DNA of 64,000 bases from an uncultured Mailhella sp. (GTDB lineage Bacteria; Desulfobacterota; Desulfovibrionia; Desulfovibrionales; Desulfovibrionaceae). This document shows, piece after piece, positions 1 to 10,421 of this stretch. The first letter of the stretch is position 1, and each line of letters opens with the position of its first letter. Position numbers and translations under genes: made by a program. The notes beneath the pieces are model-generated. The model searched no databases. It was not told where the DNA came from and saw only the letters and a list, made by a program, of their open reading frames with translations. The DNA is taken from the NCBI RefSeq assembly GCF_944324615.1, contig NZ_CALUWY010000003.1, forward strand, positions 20,559 through 84,558. The letters run 5' to 3'.

Positions 1-2655
1 TGTCCAGCTCACGCGCAGAGCACCGCTCTGGGACGTGCTGTAGAGGGGAATACTGCGGCTTTTCATTTCTTCCCGCACCTTGCGGCTGGGAAAACCGAAA
101 CGATGGAAGGCCGCCGATGAGGCAAGCGCCGCATCGGGGTTCACGGCATCATAAAACGCCGTCTGGAAGCTGGATGCCGCACCGTGATGAGGAAGCACCA
201 GCACGCCTGCACGCAGGTCCTGCCCCGTCTCCACCAGCCGGCGAAGTGCCGGCGTGGTCATATCTCCGCACAGAAGGGCCAGCCCTTCCCCGTTTCTTGT
301 CAGGCGGAGGGCAAGGGAAGCCTCGTTGTCCGTGGCCCTGCCGTTCCGGTGCAGGGTGGGCAGAACCTCCATATCCGGCCAGATCACTTCAAGGCACACG
401 TCGTCATGCAGCCTCAGCACATCGCCCCGGGTCAGTACCTTTTCGGGAATGCCCCTGCTCTGGGCGATCCTTCGCAGGGCCTCTCCTTCCGCCGTTGCGG
501 ATGACGCGGAATACGGCGACCAGTAAAGGCAGCCCACCTTGAAATGCTCCAGAATCCAGCGCAGCCCCCGCGCATGATCCATATCCGTATGGCTGACGAC
601 TACGGCATCAAGGTACGGCATGCGTCCTGCCGTGAGTACCGGAGCAAGAATGCTGCGCCCCACGTCAAAGAACGGAGAAGGGCTTCCGCCGCCGTCCACC
701 AGCACTCTGCCGCCCGGATAGGACAGAAGCACGGCCTGCCCCTGCCCCACATCAAGGAGCGTCAGCGTGACGCGCTGCTCATACCAGGCAAGCACGTTGT
801 CCACCCATACGGGAAGCTGCCCTGCGGGCATGAGCAGCAGGCCTGCGACCAGAAGTCTCCTGACCGCGGATCCGGCCTTCTTCCTGCAGAGTGCGGCCTG
901 TGCGGCAATCGCCAGCCCCACAAGCACGGCTCCGTAACCGAGGCCGCTCAGAGATGACGGCCGGAGGAACTGGACCTGGGACAGTTGACCGGCATCCCCC
1001 AGAAAAAACAGCAGATCGAGCACCGCATCGGCAGGAAAGGCGGCGACGCTGAAAAGCAGAGAGGAAACAGGCTGCGCTCCGCAGACGACAAGCAGTATCA
1101 GCCCCAGTGCGGCACACGGCAGTGTGATGAAGGTGAGCAGCGGAAGCCAGAGGAGATTCTCCCACAGATTGAGGCTGACCACCCCGAACATGGAAACGAG
1201 TATGGGCATGACGGCAAGCTGTGCCGCAAAGGAGATCAGGAGCATGGTTCCCGCCCAGCGGATGCAGGCGTGCACGATGCGGCGCGGCAGGGAGAACGGT
1301 GCTTTTCCCCTGCCTTCCGGCCGTGAAGGAAAGCGTTTCAACAGCGCAAGATCAATCGGCATGACAAGCAGTATGCCTGCCACCGCCAGCACGGAAAGCT
1401 GTGCGGAAAGATCGAAGGCCACCAGCGGATAACAGAGAAAAAGCAGCAGCGCGGCGGCGAAAAGTGCATCCAGAGGAGCCGAAGGACGGCGCAGACAGAG
1501 AAAGAAGGCGGCCGCCAGCATCATGAACGCGGCACGGATGAGGGAAAACGGCGCACCTCCCAGAAAAAGATAGGCCAGAGCAAAGGGAATGCCCGCCGAC
1601 ACCACCAGCACGCGCCGCGGTCTGACAAGATAAAGGCCGTGCAGGACACGGGAGAGCAGAAAAATCACAGCCGCTCCGGCCATGGCCGCCAGGGAGAGAT
1701 GCTGACCGGACAGCGCCAGGGAATGCACCAGTCCGGCCCGGGTGAAGATATCCACGGTTTCCGGGTCAAGAAAGGAGCGGTCGCCGAAAAGCAGGGCCAC
1801 CAGCATGGCCTTCCCCTGCGAAAACAGCAAGGCGCCCTGCCGCGCCGTCTGATATTCCGGCGTTGCCGCATCTTCCGGAAGATTCCCGGCAAGGGCGCGC
1901 ACCAGGGCGGCACGCCACTCTTCCCGGATAAGGGCGGCCCGGCAGAGCCAGCCTTCCCCTTCCTGCCATTCCAGGAAAACGGGAACACCGCTTTTTCTGT
2001 CCAGGCGGGCCCGGTGCCGCACATCACGATCCGCCCAGTACACGGCGATGTCGCCCGTTCCCGGATTGAGGCTGCCGCTTACGGGATACAGGCGCAGGAG
2101 CGCCCGCAGCGTCTGCCCCTGCACCGGGCGCCCGGTATGGCTGAGGGTGGCGGCATCCAGCGTCATGGCCACCAGGTCGGGAAGAGGCGACGTTTCATCT
2201 TTCACCACTTCTCCGGGATAGTTCTTGCGTCCCGGCCGGGGCATGTCCACCCTGCGTTCCAGGGCCTGCCGCACGGCATTTTCCGTTTCCCCGGACATGG
2301 GCGGCAGGCTCTTCCACGGCCGCAGTCCTTCCATAAGCACACGCACCCTTCCGCCGGGAAGCCCCGTGACGGAAGCGACACGGCCTTCGACGCCCACGCT
2401 CTTTCCGGGCACGGCGGCCCATGACGGACAGGCCGGAGGCTCCGAACGGGCGGAAAAGGTAAGGCCGAAGCCCAGAAGAAAGGCCGCCCCGAGCAGAAGA
2501 TACCGCAACGGCCGTTCCCTGTGCGACACCACGACAAGAAGAAGAAAAAACGCGACGCCCAGCATTACGTCGCGCAGGGAGACAGACCCGGCCAGTGCGG
2601 CGAGAAGAAGCTTCTGACGGAAAAGAAGCGGCGGCAGTAAGGGTAAGGTTTTCAT
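1..2655 (-). CDS. comEC: DNA internalization competence protein ComEC/Rec2 (3' end outside window)
   Basis: Not in the ORF track because its stop lies left of base 1. Manual translation from ATG at 2655 gives MKTLPLLPP..., the competence-domain motif GLVHSLALSGQH, many TM segments, then the MBL domain LLDVGQGQA...VDGGG...SHTDMDH...LPHHG, ending ...LRVSWT in frame at base 1. Confidence 0.9.
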   Translation of the reverse strand, partial: MKTLPLLPPLLFRQKLLLAALAGSVSLRDVMLGVAFFLLLVVVSHRERPLRYLLLGAAFLLGFGLTFSARSEPPACPSWAAVPGKSVGVEGRVASVTGLPGGRVRVLMEGLRPWKSLPPMSGETENAVRQALERRVDMPRPGRKNYPGEVVKDETSPLPDLVAMTLDAATLSHTGRPVQGQTLRALLRLYPVSGSLNPGTGDIAVYWADRDVRHRARLDRKSGVPVFLEWQEGEGWLCRAALIREEWRAALVRALAGNLPEDAATPEYQTARQGALLFSQGKAMLVALLFGDRSFLDPETVDIFTRAGLVHSLALSGQHLSLAAMAGAAVIFLLSRVLHGLYLVRPRRVLVVSAGIPFALAYLFLGGAPFSLIRAAFMMLAAAFFLCLRRPSAPLDALFAAALLLFLCYPLVAFDLSAQLSVLAVAGILLVMPIDLALLKRFPSRPEGRGKAPFSLPRRIVHACIRWAGTMLLISFAAQLAVMPILVSMFGVVSLNLWENLLWLPLLTFITLPCAALGLILLVVCGAQPVSSLLFSVAAFPADAVLDLLFFLGDAGQLSQVQFLRPSSLSGLGYGAVLVGLAIAAQAALCRKKAGSAVRRLLVAGLLLMPAGQLPVWVDNVLAWYEQRVTLTLLDVGQGQAVLLSYPGGRVLVDGGGSPSPFFDVGRSILAPVLTAGRMPYLDAVVVSHTDMDHARGLRWILEHFKVGCLYWSPYSASSATAEGEALRRIAQSRGIPEKVLTRGDVLRLHDDVCLEVIWPDMEVLPTLHRNGRATDNEASLALRLTRNGEGLALLCGDMTTPALRRLVETGQDLRAGVLVLPHHGAASSFQTAFYDAVNPDAALASSAAFHRFGFPSRKVREEMKSRSIPLYSTSQSGALRVSWT

Positions 2656-2706
2656 AGACCTGAACGCGCCTTCCGGCACGGGAGCGCCGTACCGGAAGGC
2701 CGTGCG

Positions 2707-4011
2707 TCAATCCGGATCCTTCACACGGCGGATATGGGCGCCCACGGCGGAAAGCTTTTCCGCAAGGTGCTCATAGCCTCTGTCCACATGATAGATGCGC
2801 TGCACCCGGGTTTCTCCCTGGGCGGCAAGGGCGGCCAGCACCAGCGCCGCGCCCGCGCGCAGGTCGGAAGCCATGACGGGAGCGCCGGTCAGCCTGCGCC
2901 CGCCGCGCACCATGGCCGAAGAACCGCGCACATGGATGTCGGCCCCCATGCGCACCAGTTCCTGCACATGCATGAAACGATTCTCGAAGATGTTCTCTTC
3001 CACAAGCCCGGAACCCTGCGCACAGCACATGAGCACCATGAACTGGGCCTGCATGTCCGTGGGAAAGCCGGGATGGGGGCGCGTGCTGATGTCCACCCCA
3101 CGAAGTCCGTCCGCTCCCACACGGGCCAGCACGCCTTCCGGCGTCTCTTCAATGACCATGCCCGCCGCACGCAGCTTTTCCACCACGGCGTCCATATCCG
3201 CAAGGGGGCAGTTCTTCAGAAGAAGTTCCCCGCCCGTGACGCCTGCCGCAATGAGGAAGGTTCCGGCCTCTATGCGGTCGGGCATGATGGCGTAGGTGCA
3301 GCCGTGCAGCTTTTCCACACCCTGCACGCGGATCACGTTGGTGCCCTGCCCTTCGATATGCGCGCCGCAGCGGTTCAGGAAGCGGGCCAGATCCACGATT
3401 TCCGGCTCTCTCGCCACGTTCTCAAGCACGGTTTCCCCTTCCGCAAGGCAGGCCGCCATGAGCACGTTCTCCGTGCCGCCCACGGTGGGGAAATCAAAGC
3501 GGATATGCGCGCCCTTCAGCCCTTCGGGGCAGCGGCCGTGTATGTAGCCGCCCTCCAGGTCGAACACCGCGCCCATCTTCTCCAGCGCGGAAAGATGCTG
3601 ATCCACGGGACGCGCGCCTATGGCGCAGCCGCCGGGCAGGGAAACCTTGGCCTCGCCCTTGCGGGCCAGAAGCGGCCCCAGGCAGAGCACGGAAGCACGC
3701 ATGGTCTTGACGAGGTCATACGGAGCCTCCATGCCCAGATCGCCGTTCTTCACCACGACCACGCCGTTTTTCAGCTTCACAACGCCGTCTTCCAGGGTGG
3801 CGATGCCGTTTTCCAGCTCCGCGCTCCGCCCCAGCATGTTGAGCAGCCGTATGGTGGTATGGATATCCCGAAGGTCGGGCACATTGGTATAGGTCACCTC
3901 GTCATCCACGGCAATGGACGCCATGATGATGGGCAGAGCGGCATTCTTGGAGCCGCTGACCTCGATGACGCCCTTGAGCGGAACCCCGCCCTGTATGATA
4001 AAACTGTCCAA
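2707..4011 (-). CDS. murA: UDP-N-acetylglucosamine 1-carboxyvinyltransferase
   Basis: [31 protein letters not shown] (active Cys), [18 protein letters not shown] motifs. Confidence 0.98.
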   Translation of the reverse strand: MDSFIIQGGVPLKGVIEVSGSKNAALPIIMASIAVDDEVTYTNVPDLRDIHTTIRLLNMLGRSAELENGIATLEDGVVKLKNGVVVVKNGDLGMEAPYDLVKTMRASVLCLGPLLARKGEAKVSLPGGCAIGARPVDQHLSALEKMGAVFDLEGGYIHGRCPEGLKGAHIRFDFPTVGGTENVLMAACLAEGETVLENVAREPEIVDLARFLNRCGAHIEGQGTNVIRVQGVEKLHGCTYAIMPDRIEAGTFLIAAGVTGGELLLKNCPLADMDAVVEKLRAAGMVIEETPEGVLARVGADGLRGVDISTRPHPGFPTDMQAQFMVLMCCAQGSGLVEENIFENRFMHVQELVRMGADIHVRGSSAMVRGGRRLTGAPVMASDLRAGAALVLAALAAQGETRVQRIYHVDRGYEHLAEKLSAVGAHIRRVKDPD

Positions 4012-4087
4012 AATCTCATCCTCCGAAAAGATTGCAAAAAAAACGCTTGACTATTCCTCTGCAATCGAATAATTACTCTTTCTGCAC

Positions 4088-4164
4088 GGCGAATATAGCT
4101 CAGTTGGCAGAGCACCTGGTTGTGGCCCAGGGGGTCGCAGGTTCAAACCCTGTTATTCGCCCCA
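4088..4164 (+). tRNA. tRNA-His (GTG)
   Basis: Cloverleaf: acceptor GCGAATA/TATTCGC, G-1 opposite C73, encoded CCA, anticodon arm CCTGG-TTGTGGC-CCAGG, T-arm GGTTCAAACC. Confidence 0.96.
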
Positions 4165-4170
4165 TATTTT

Positions 4171-4196
4171 GCCCCGATTTCATCGGGGCTTTTTTT
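4171..4196 (+). terminator. Rho-independent terminator after tRNA-His
   Basis: GCCCCGAT-ttc-ATCGGGGC stem followed by a T run. Confidence 0.8.
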
Positions 4197-4552
4197 ATGC
4201 CCTGTGTTCTGCAGAGTCTGATATCCATATTCCTTCCGTCCTCAGTTTCCGTGCCGGAAAACCCGTATGCCGGGTTCCCGGCTGCCTTCAGAAGAAAAAG
4301 CCGGTCTGAGAGCCTGTAGCGCGTTTCCTGCCGGATACGCGCGCCAAGCCCTGCCACACGTTCCGCGGCAGCCTGCTTTTCCATGACACAGTGCCGGCAT
4401 CCGTCAGCGCGCAGGAAGGAAAACATCCTTCCCCAAAAGCGCACGCCTACGGCTTCACCCGCAACATGACTCTTTGTCCGGTGAACATGCCGGAAAAAAG
4501 GCGGGATGCACCCGCCCGGCCTCATCGTGCATGCGGCATGCGCCGCATGTAC

Positions 4553-5344
4553 TCACAGTTCCAGCGCCAGCCCCACGGGGCAGTGGTCGGAACCGTATAC
4601 GTCGTTTTCTATCCACGCATCGCGGATGTGATTCCGCAGTTCGGCGGAAACGAAAAAGTAGTCCAGCCGCCACCCGATATTGCGCTCACGCGCCCGCGTC
4701 TTGTACGACCACCAGCTGTAGGCCCCTTCCACATCGCCGTGCACATGGCGGAAGGTATCCACATAGCCCGCTTCCACGAAACGGTCCATCCAGGCGCGTT
4801 CCTCGGGCAGAAAACCGGTATTGAACACGTTTTCCTTGGGGCGGGCCAGGTCGATTTCCCGGTGGGAAATATTGAAGTCGCCGCATACCACCACGGGCTT
4901 GTCTTCACGCAGCTCTTCCGCATAGTCCAGAAAGGCATTGAAAAAGCCCATCTTGTACGGCACGCGCTTGAAAACGCCCTTCTCCACCTCTTCTCCGCCG
5001 TTGGGGAAGTAGATGTTGAAAAAGTGCAGTTCAGGAAATTCCAGATGCAGCACGCGGCCTTCACCGTGATAATCGGGATCCGGCAGTTCATGCTCCACGC
5101 GCATGGGCTCCCTGTGGCTGAACACGGCCACGCCGGAATAGCCCTTCTTCACCGTGGAAGACGACCACCACGACTGCCAGCCTTCCGGTTCGCGCTGGGA
5201 TGCGGGAATCTGCTCCGGGGAGGCCTTGGTTTCCTGAAGGGCCACCACATCGGCCGTCGTCCTGGAAAACCACTCCCAGTCGGGCTTTTTGCTGACCGCG
5301 CGAAAGCCGTTGACGTTCCACGATACAAAACGCATGAGTGACAT
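4553..5344 (-). CDS. xth: Exodeoxyribonuclease III / AP endonuclease
   Basis: SWNVNG, LQETK, GYSGVA, YFPNG, GDFN, WRLDYF, SDHCP motifs. Confidence 0.96.
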   Translation of the reverse strand: MSLMRFVSWNVNGFRAVSKKPDWEWFSRTTADVVALQETKASPEQIPASQREPEGWQSWWSSSTVKKGYSGVAVFSHREPMRVEHELPDPDYHGEGRVLHLEFPELHFFNIYFPNGGEEVEKGVFKRVPYKMGFFNAFLDYAEELREDKPVVVCGDFNISHREIDLARPKENVFNTGFLPEERAWMDRFVEAGYVDTFRHVHGDVEGAYSWWSYKTRARERNIGWRLDYFFVSAELRNHIRDAWIENDVYGSDHCPVGLALEL

Positions 5345-5623
5345 AATTCCTTCCTTTTTCCGTTCGGCTGAACTTACGCGACAATGCCCGCAAGCTCAAG
5401 AAAAAAGCTCCCCTGCCCCGGGGAAACCAAGACACGAAAAAAGGCAGGTCGCAAAACCTGCCTTTTTCGCGCGCATCACGCGCCCGGAAATATCTCGCCA
5501 AGTCCCCGCGGAAGCGATAAACGCCCTTCAAGCGCTTCTGTCCTCCCAGGGAGGCCGCCGCGCCCTTCCGCAAAAACGATCGCTCAGAGCTTCCGTACGG
5601 CCCGCAGGCCGTGAACGGAATGC

Positions 5624-5902
5624 CTAGTCGTTGTTGAGGTATTCCTTGAGTTCCTTACCGGCACGGAAGAAGGGAAGACGCTTGGGGCTGACTTCCACAC
5701 GGTCGCCCGTGCGGGGATTGCGCCCTGCATAGGAACCGTATTCTTTAACCTTGAAACTGCCGAAGCCGCGAATTTCCACACGGTCGCCGGCCAGAAGAGC
5801 CTCCTTCATGCAGTCGACAAAAGTATTGACCACAAGGGTAGCTTCATCCAGCGACACGTTGGACTGTTCGGCGAGATTCTTGATCAGTTCGCTTTTATTC
5901 AT
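5624..5902 (-). CDS. ihfB: Integration host factor beta / HU family DNA-binding protein
   Basis: MNKSELI...VEIRGFGSF...GRNPRTG...PFFRAGKEL signature; IHF-beta versus HU assignment is tentative. Confidence 0.85.
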   Translation of the reverse strand: MNKSELIKNLAEQSNVSLDEATLVVNTFVDCMKEALLAGDRVEIRGFGSFKVKEYGSYAGRNPRTGDRVEVSPKRLPFFRAGKELKEYLNND

Positions 5903-6045
5903 GACATCTCCGTCATACGGTATTGACCTGCCGAGGCGTGCCGGCAGGGAGAAGGATTATGATTCAGGGGATGCCCCCGGGGAACTCCATCACGGCAAGC
6001 CAATTCTCTATAACCCTAAATCCGTTGCCTTGCAAGGAAAAACGC

Positions 6046-7159
6046 CTATTGGCGGCTGTGCTCGTGCTGGTAAAGAAGGTAATCACGCAGGAAGGTGTCG
6101 ATGCGGCCGTTCAGCACGGCGTCCACATCACCGCATTCACAGCCCGTGCGATGATCCTTGACCAGCCGGTAAGGCTGGAGCGTATAGGTGCGTATCTGAC
6201 TGCCGAAGGCGATGGCGTCCTTGCCTGCGTAATCGGCCTGACGCGCGGCGTCGCGCTTGCTCTGCTCGTAGGCGTACAGGCGCGCTTTAAGCACGCGCAT
6301 GGCGCTTTCGCGGTTGCTCTGCTGCGAACGTTCGTTCTGGCACTGGGCCACGATGCCCGTGGGAAGATGCGTGATGCGCACGGCCGATTCGGTCTTGTTC
6401 ACATGCTGACCGCCCGCGCCCGAGGCACGGTACACGTCGATGCGCAGATCGCTTTCCTTGATTTCGATGTTGGAAATCTCCCCGGCGTCGGGAATGAGGT
6501 CCACGGAGGCAAAGGACGTGTGTCTTCTGCCGGAAGCGTCGTAGGGAGAAATGCGGATGAGCCGGTGAATGCCCTTCTCGCCCTTGAGCAGGCCGTAGGC
6601 GTTCTCGCCCTGCATCCGTATGGTGACGGCCTTGATGCCCGCTTCTTCCCCGGGCAGAAAGTCCACGATTTCGGCCTTGATGTGATGCCCTTCAGCCCAG
6701 CGCAGGTACATGCGTTCCAGCATTTCCGCCCAGTCCTGGGCCTCGGTGCCGCCCGCTCCGGGATGAATGTCCAGAAGAGCGTCCATGTGATCGGCCTCGC
6801 CGCTGAGCAGCACGGTCATTTCCGTTTCCGTCAAAAGCTTTTCCAGAATATCGGCCTGTTCGCTCAGAGTTTCCAGGGCCTCTTCCTCGCCCTCGGAAAC
6901 AAAGCCGAGCCACTCCTCCATTTCCTCATAGCTTGCCTGAAGCTCGCGGAAACGGGCGACTTCCGCTTCCAGACGGCTCTTTTCCCTGAGCACGGGGGTC
7001 ATTTTTTCCTGATCGGACCATGCGTCGGGGCTGGAAATGATCGTTTCTATTTCCTGAAGGCGCGCCTCCCGCGTGGGCAGGTCAAAGACGCCCCCAGAGG
7101 GAATTGAACTGTTCGGCAAGGGCATGACAGCGGGAACGCAGTTCGGCCAACTGAAGCAT
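6046..7159 (-). CDS. prfB: Peptide chain release factor 2 (programmed +1 frameshift)
   Basis: ATG at 7159 gives MLQLAELRSRCHALAEQFNSLWGRL then CTT TGA C (7087-7081). The +1 frame continues DLPTREARL... with SPY (SPF-type) and GGQ motifs. The ORF-track start at 7125 is not the real start. Confidence 0.96.
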
Positions 7160-7205
7160 AACGGTATCCTTTTGTATGGTATGGTTTTAATCGATGCAGA
7201 TCATG

Positions 7206-8897
7206 TCAACGCCCGCATCGCGCCTCTTTTCCTCTTCCGCCGCGCAGAGCGGGCAGAACAAGCACGAAAAGAAACGCCAGAGCAAGAGCGGGCAGCCACG
7301 GATGAAGATAGAAATAAGGCGTATGGCCCTGCAAGGCAAGCGCCGTGCCCGTAAGGCTCCCGGCAAGAAACAGCGCGTAGCCGTCCTGTGCCGAACCCAT
7401 GGCGTGTACTCCGCCCAGAGGATCGAGAACGGCGGTGATGCCGCTGTTGGTGGCCCTCAGCACATAACGCCCCTGCTCCACGGCGCGCATGAGGGAAAGC
7501 TGAAGGTGCTGCATGGGCGCGGAGGTGTAGTCGTACCAGGCGTCGTTGCTGATGTTCAGGAGAAGTTCCGCACCTGAGGCCACACGCTTGCGGGAAAGTT
7601 CCGGGAAAATCGCCTCATAGCAGATGAGCATGCCCACATCCGCACGACCGCGCTCCTTCAGATCCAGCGAAAAGAGCTTCTCGCCCGTCCCTGCCGTGAA
7701 GCCCCCGAGTCCCTGCAGCAGAGACTCGAATATCTTCCAGTCGAGAACAGGCGGCAGGTATTCGCCGAAGGGCACGAGATGTTCCTTGTCGTAATGCCCG
7801 GCATCTCCTCCGGGCAGGAGCAGAAAGGCCCGGTTGAAAAGCTCCGTGCCGCCTGCCGAGCGCTCCACCCCCGGAGCGCCGAACATGAGGGGAAGACCGA
7901 GTTCCCGCACAAAGGCGCGCAGTTCCCCGGCAAGAGGCGAAGAGGGATAGGCGAAGGGCATGGCCGTTTCCGGCCAGATGATGAGATCGGGCAGCGCGGG
8001 GGCAAGGGTTCCGTCCGGCTTTTTTCCCAGAGAAAGCCCCATGGAGGCGGCAAGTTCCTCCCGCCCCGGGCCCCGGCCGCTTCCGGCAAGGCCCTGTATG
8101 TCGGCGCGCACGCCCTCCACGCTGAGGCGTATGTAATGTTCCAGCGTCTGCCGCTGATACTCGGGCGACCACTTCACATCCTGCCGCACGCTGCCCTGCA
8201 CCATGGTGCAGACAACGGGCCGGCCTTCCGCGGCCAGCTTCTCCGGCAGGGAGGAAAGCCTCCATGCCCCGAAGGCTACGATGAGCGCGGCCAGGCACGC
8301 CCCTCCCGCAAGAAAAGCCGCCGCGCGCCTTTGCTGCTTTCCGGCAAGCAGAAGAAAGCCCTCGCAAAAAAGAAAGGCCAGAACTGCCAGCATACCGGAA
8401 TAGCCGTATTCTCCCACCAGACTCAGGGGCTGGACAAGCAGCGGCCAGGCCGCAAGGCCCGAGGAGAGCGTCAGCCAGGAAAAACCGGTGCAGAACCAGC
8501 CGCGCGTCCATTCCAGAAGGAACCATACAAGCCCCAGCGCCGGAATCCTCCGCCACGGCGAAAGACCGGAAAGGCGCGAGGCGCAGAGGCAGAACAGCCC
8601 GCCCCACAGGGCGACATAGGTGCCGAGAAGCAGGGAACAGGGCGCGGCCAGAAGCCATGGAAAAGCACCGTACATGTGTGCGGCCACGGCTATCCAGTAC
8701 AGCGCCGCCGCGGCACCGGGAATGCCGACACACCAGCCCAGGCGGAAGGGAATGCCGCTTTCCGCGGCCAGAAAAAGGCATGCAGGGTAAACAAGCACGG
8801 CTCCGGGGACATGAAAAACGGGATTGGGCGTCCCGAGAAAAAGCCCCAGAGAACCGGCGACCACAAGAACAGCACAGAACAATCGGGAAAACGTCAT
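7206..8897 (-). CDS. lnt: Apolipoprotein N-acyltransferase
   Basis: N-terminal TMs, QG(S/N) motif, IWPETA, YDKEHLVPFGEY, LICYEAIF, NDAWY, RATNSGIT. Confidence 0.95.
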   Translation of the reverse strand: MTFSRLFCAVLVVAGSLGLFLGTPNPVFHVPGAVLVYPACLFLAAESGIPFRLGWCVGIPGAAAALYWIAVAAHMYGAFPWLLAAPCSLLLGTYVALWGGLFCLCASRLSGLSPWRRIPALGLVWFLLEWTRGWFCTGFSWLTLSSGLAAWPLLVQPLSLVGEYGYSGMLAVLAFLFCEGFLLLAGKQQRRAAAFLAGGACLAALIVAFGAWRLSSLPEKLAAEGRPVVCTMVQGSVRQDVKWSPEYQRQTLEHYIRLSVEGVRADIQGLAGSGRGPGREELAASMGLSLGKKPDGTLAPALPDLIIWPETAMPFAYPSSPLAGELRAFVRELGLPLMFGAPGVERSAGGTELFNRAFLLLPGGDAGHYDKEHLVPFGEYLPPVLDWKIFESLLQGLGGFTAGTGEKLFSLDLKERGRADVGMLICYEAIFPELSRKRVASGAELLLNISNDAWYDYTSAPMQHLQLSLMRAVEQGRYVLRATNSGITAVLDPLGGVHAMGSAQDGYALFLAGSLTGTALALQGHTPYFYLHPWLPALALAFLFVLVLPALRGGRGKEARCGR

Positions 8898-10414
8898 ACC
8901 TGCCCTCTGTCCAGCACACGGCAGCTGATGGCCTCGGCAAGGTGTGCAAGCGCAATGTCCGCCGCACCGTCAAGATCGGCAATGGTTCTCGCCACCCGCA
9001 GTATGCGGGTGCAGGCCCGCGCGGAAAGGGCCAGCGCGTCCACGGCACGGCCGAGGAATTCGTGTTCCGCGCTCCCGAGGCGGCAATATTCTTCCAGCAT
9101 GCGGCCCGACAGGTCGGCGTTGGTACGGCAGTTCGTGCCTTTGTACCGGGCCGTCTGCACTTCCCGGGCACGGATGACCCTTTCCCTGACTTCGGCCGAG
9201 CCGGGACCGGAGTGCCCGGAACGGATGTCCTCATAGGAAACGGCGGGCACCTCCACATGCAGATCGATGCGGTCCAGAAGCGGCCCGGAAAGCTTTGCCC
9301 GGTAACGGGCCACGGCCTGGGCCGTGCAGGTGCACTCGTGGCGCGGGTCGGTACGGTAGCCGCAGGGGCAGGGATTCATGGCTGCAAGCAGCATGAAATC
9401 GGCGGGATAGGATACGGCGTAGGCGGCACGGGAAATGAACACCCTGCCCTGTTCCAGAGGCTGCCGCAGCACTTCCAGAGCCTGCCGCTGAAATTCGGGA
9501 AGTTCATCCAGAAAAAGCACGCCCCTGTGGGCAAGGCTCACCTCGCCGGGATGCGGAGGCACGCCTCCGCCTATGATGGACACGCTGGAATCGCTGTGAT
9601 GAGGCGTGCGGAAAGGCCGGGCGGTCACAAGACCACGCCCGTCCAGCATGCGGGCCACACTGTAGATCTTGGTCACTTCCAGCGCCTCTTCCCGCGAAAG
9701 AGGCGGAAGTATGCCGCTCATGCGCCGGGCAAGCATGGTCTTTCCACTGCCCGGAGGACCTATGAACAGAAGGTTGTGCGCTCCTGCGGCGGCCACCTCC
9801 ATGGCGCGCTTGGCCCTTTCCTGCCCCTTCACCTCGGCAAGGTCGAAAAAGCACTCCTCCCCGTCCGCCATGGGCGCGGGTTCCACAGGGGAAAGAGAGA
9901 GCCTGCCGGCAAGAAAGTCGGCGGCCTCTCCCAGCGTACGCGGCGCAAATACGTCGATACCTTCGGCAATGGCTGCCTCGGCTCCGTTGTCCGGGGCGAC
10001 GATGAAGCCGCGGGCCTTTTCCTCCCGCGCCAGCAGCGCCACGGGAAGCACGCCCGGCACGGGCTTGAGTCGCCCGTCGAGAGACAGCTCGGCGGAGAAG
10101 AACCAGCCTTTCACGGACTCTGCGGGAAGTATGCCCGCCGCAGCCAGAAGACCTATGGCCAGAGGCAGATCATAGGCGGAACCTTCCTTGCGCCTGTCGG
10201 CAGGCGCAAGGTTCACCGTGATGCGGCCGGGCGGCAGACGGAAGCCGGAATTCTGCAGCGCCTTCATCACCCGCTCGCGCGATTCACGCACCGCGCCTTC
10301 GGCAAGGCCCACCATCACGAACGACGGCATGCCCTGACGGCTGAAGTCCACCTCCAGATCGACGCGAAAGGCGTCCACGCCCTGAATCGCGCCGCAGGCA
10401 AGCTGTACCACCAT
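8894..10414 (-). CDS. comM: YifB/ComM family Mg-chelatase-like AAA+ ATPase
   Basis: RITVNLAPAD, KEGSAYDLP, GPPGSGKT, FRTPHHS, PGEVSLAHRGVLFLDE, AMNPCPCG, SGPLLDRID. Confidence 0.93.
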   Translation of the reverse strand: MVVQLACGAIQGVDAFRVDLEVDFSRQGMPSFVMVGLAEGAVRESRERVMKALQNSGFRLPPGRITVNLAPADRRKEGSAYDLPLAIGLLAAAGILPAESVKGWFFSAELSLDGRLKPVPGVLPVALLAREEKARGFIVAPDNGAEAAIAEGIDVFAPRTLGEAADFLAGRLSLSPVEPAPMADGEECFFDLAEVKGQERAKRAMEVAAAGAHNLLFIGPPGSGKTMLARRMSGILPPLSREEALEVTKIYSVARMLDGRGLVTARPFRTPHHSDSSVSIIGGGVPPHPGEVSLAHRGVLFLDELPEFQRQALEVLRQPLEQGRVFISRAAYAVSYPADFMLLAAMNPCPCGYRTDPRHECTCTAQAVARYRAKLSGPLLDRIDLHVEVPAVSYEDIRSGHSGPGSAEVRERVIRAREVQTARYKGTNCRTNADLSGRMLEEYCRLGSAEHEFLGRAVDALALSARACTRILRVARTIADLDGAADIALAHLAEAISCRVLDRGQV

Positions 10415-10421
10415 GGCGACC

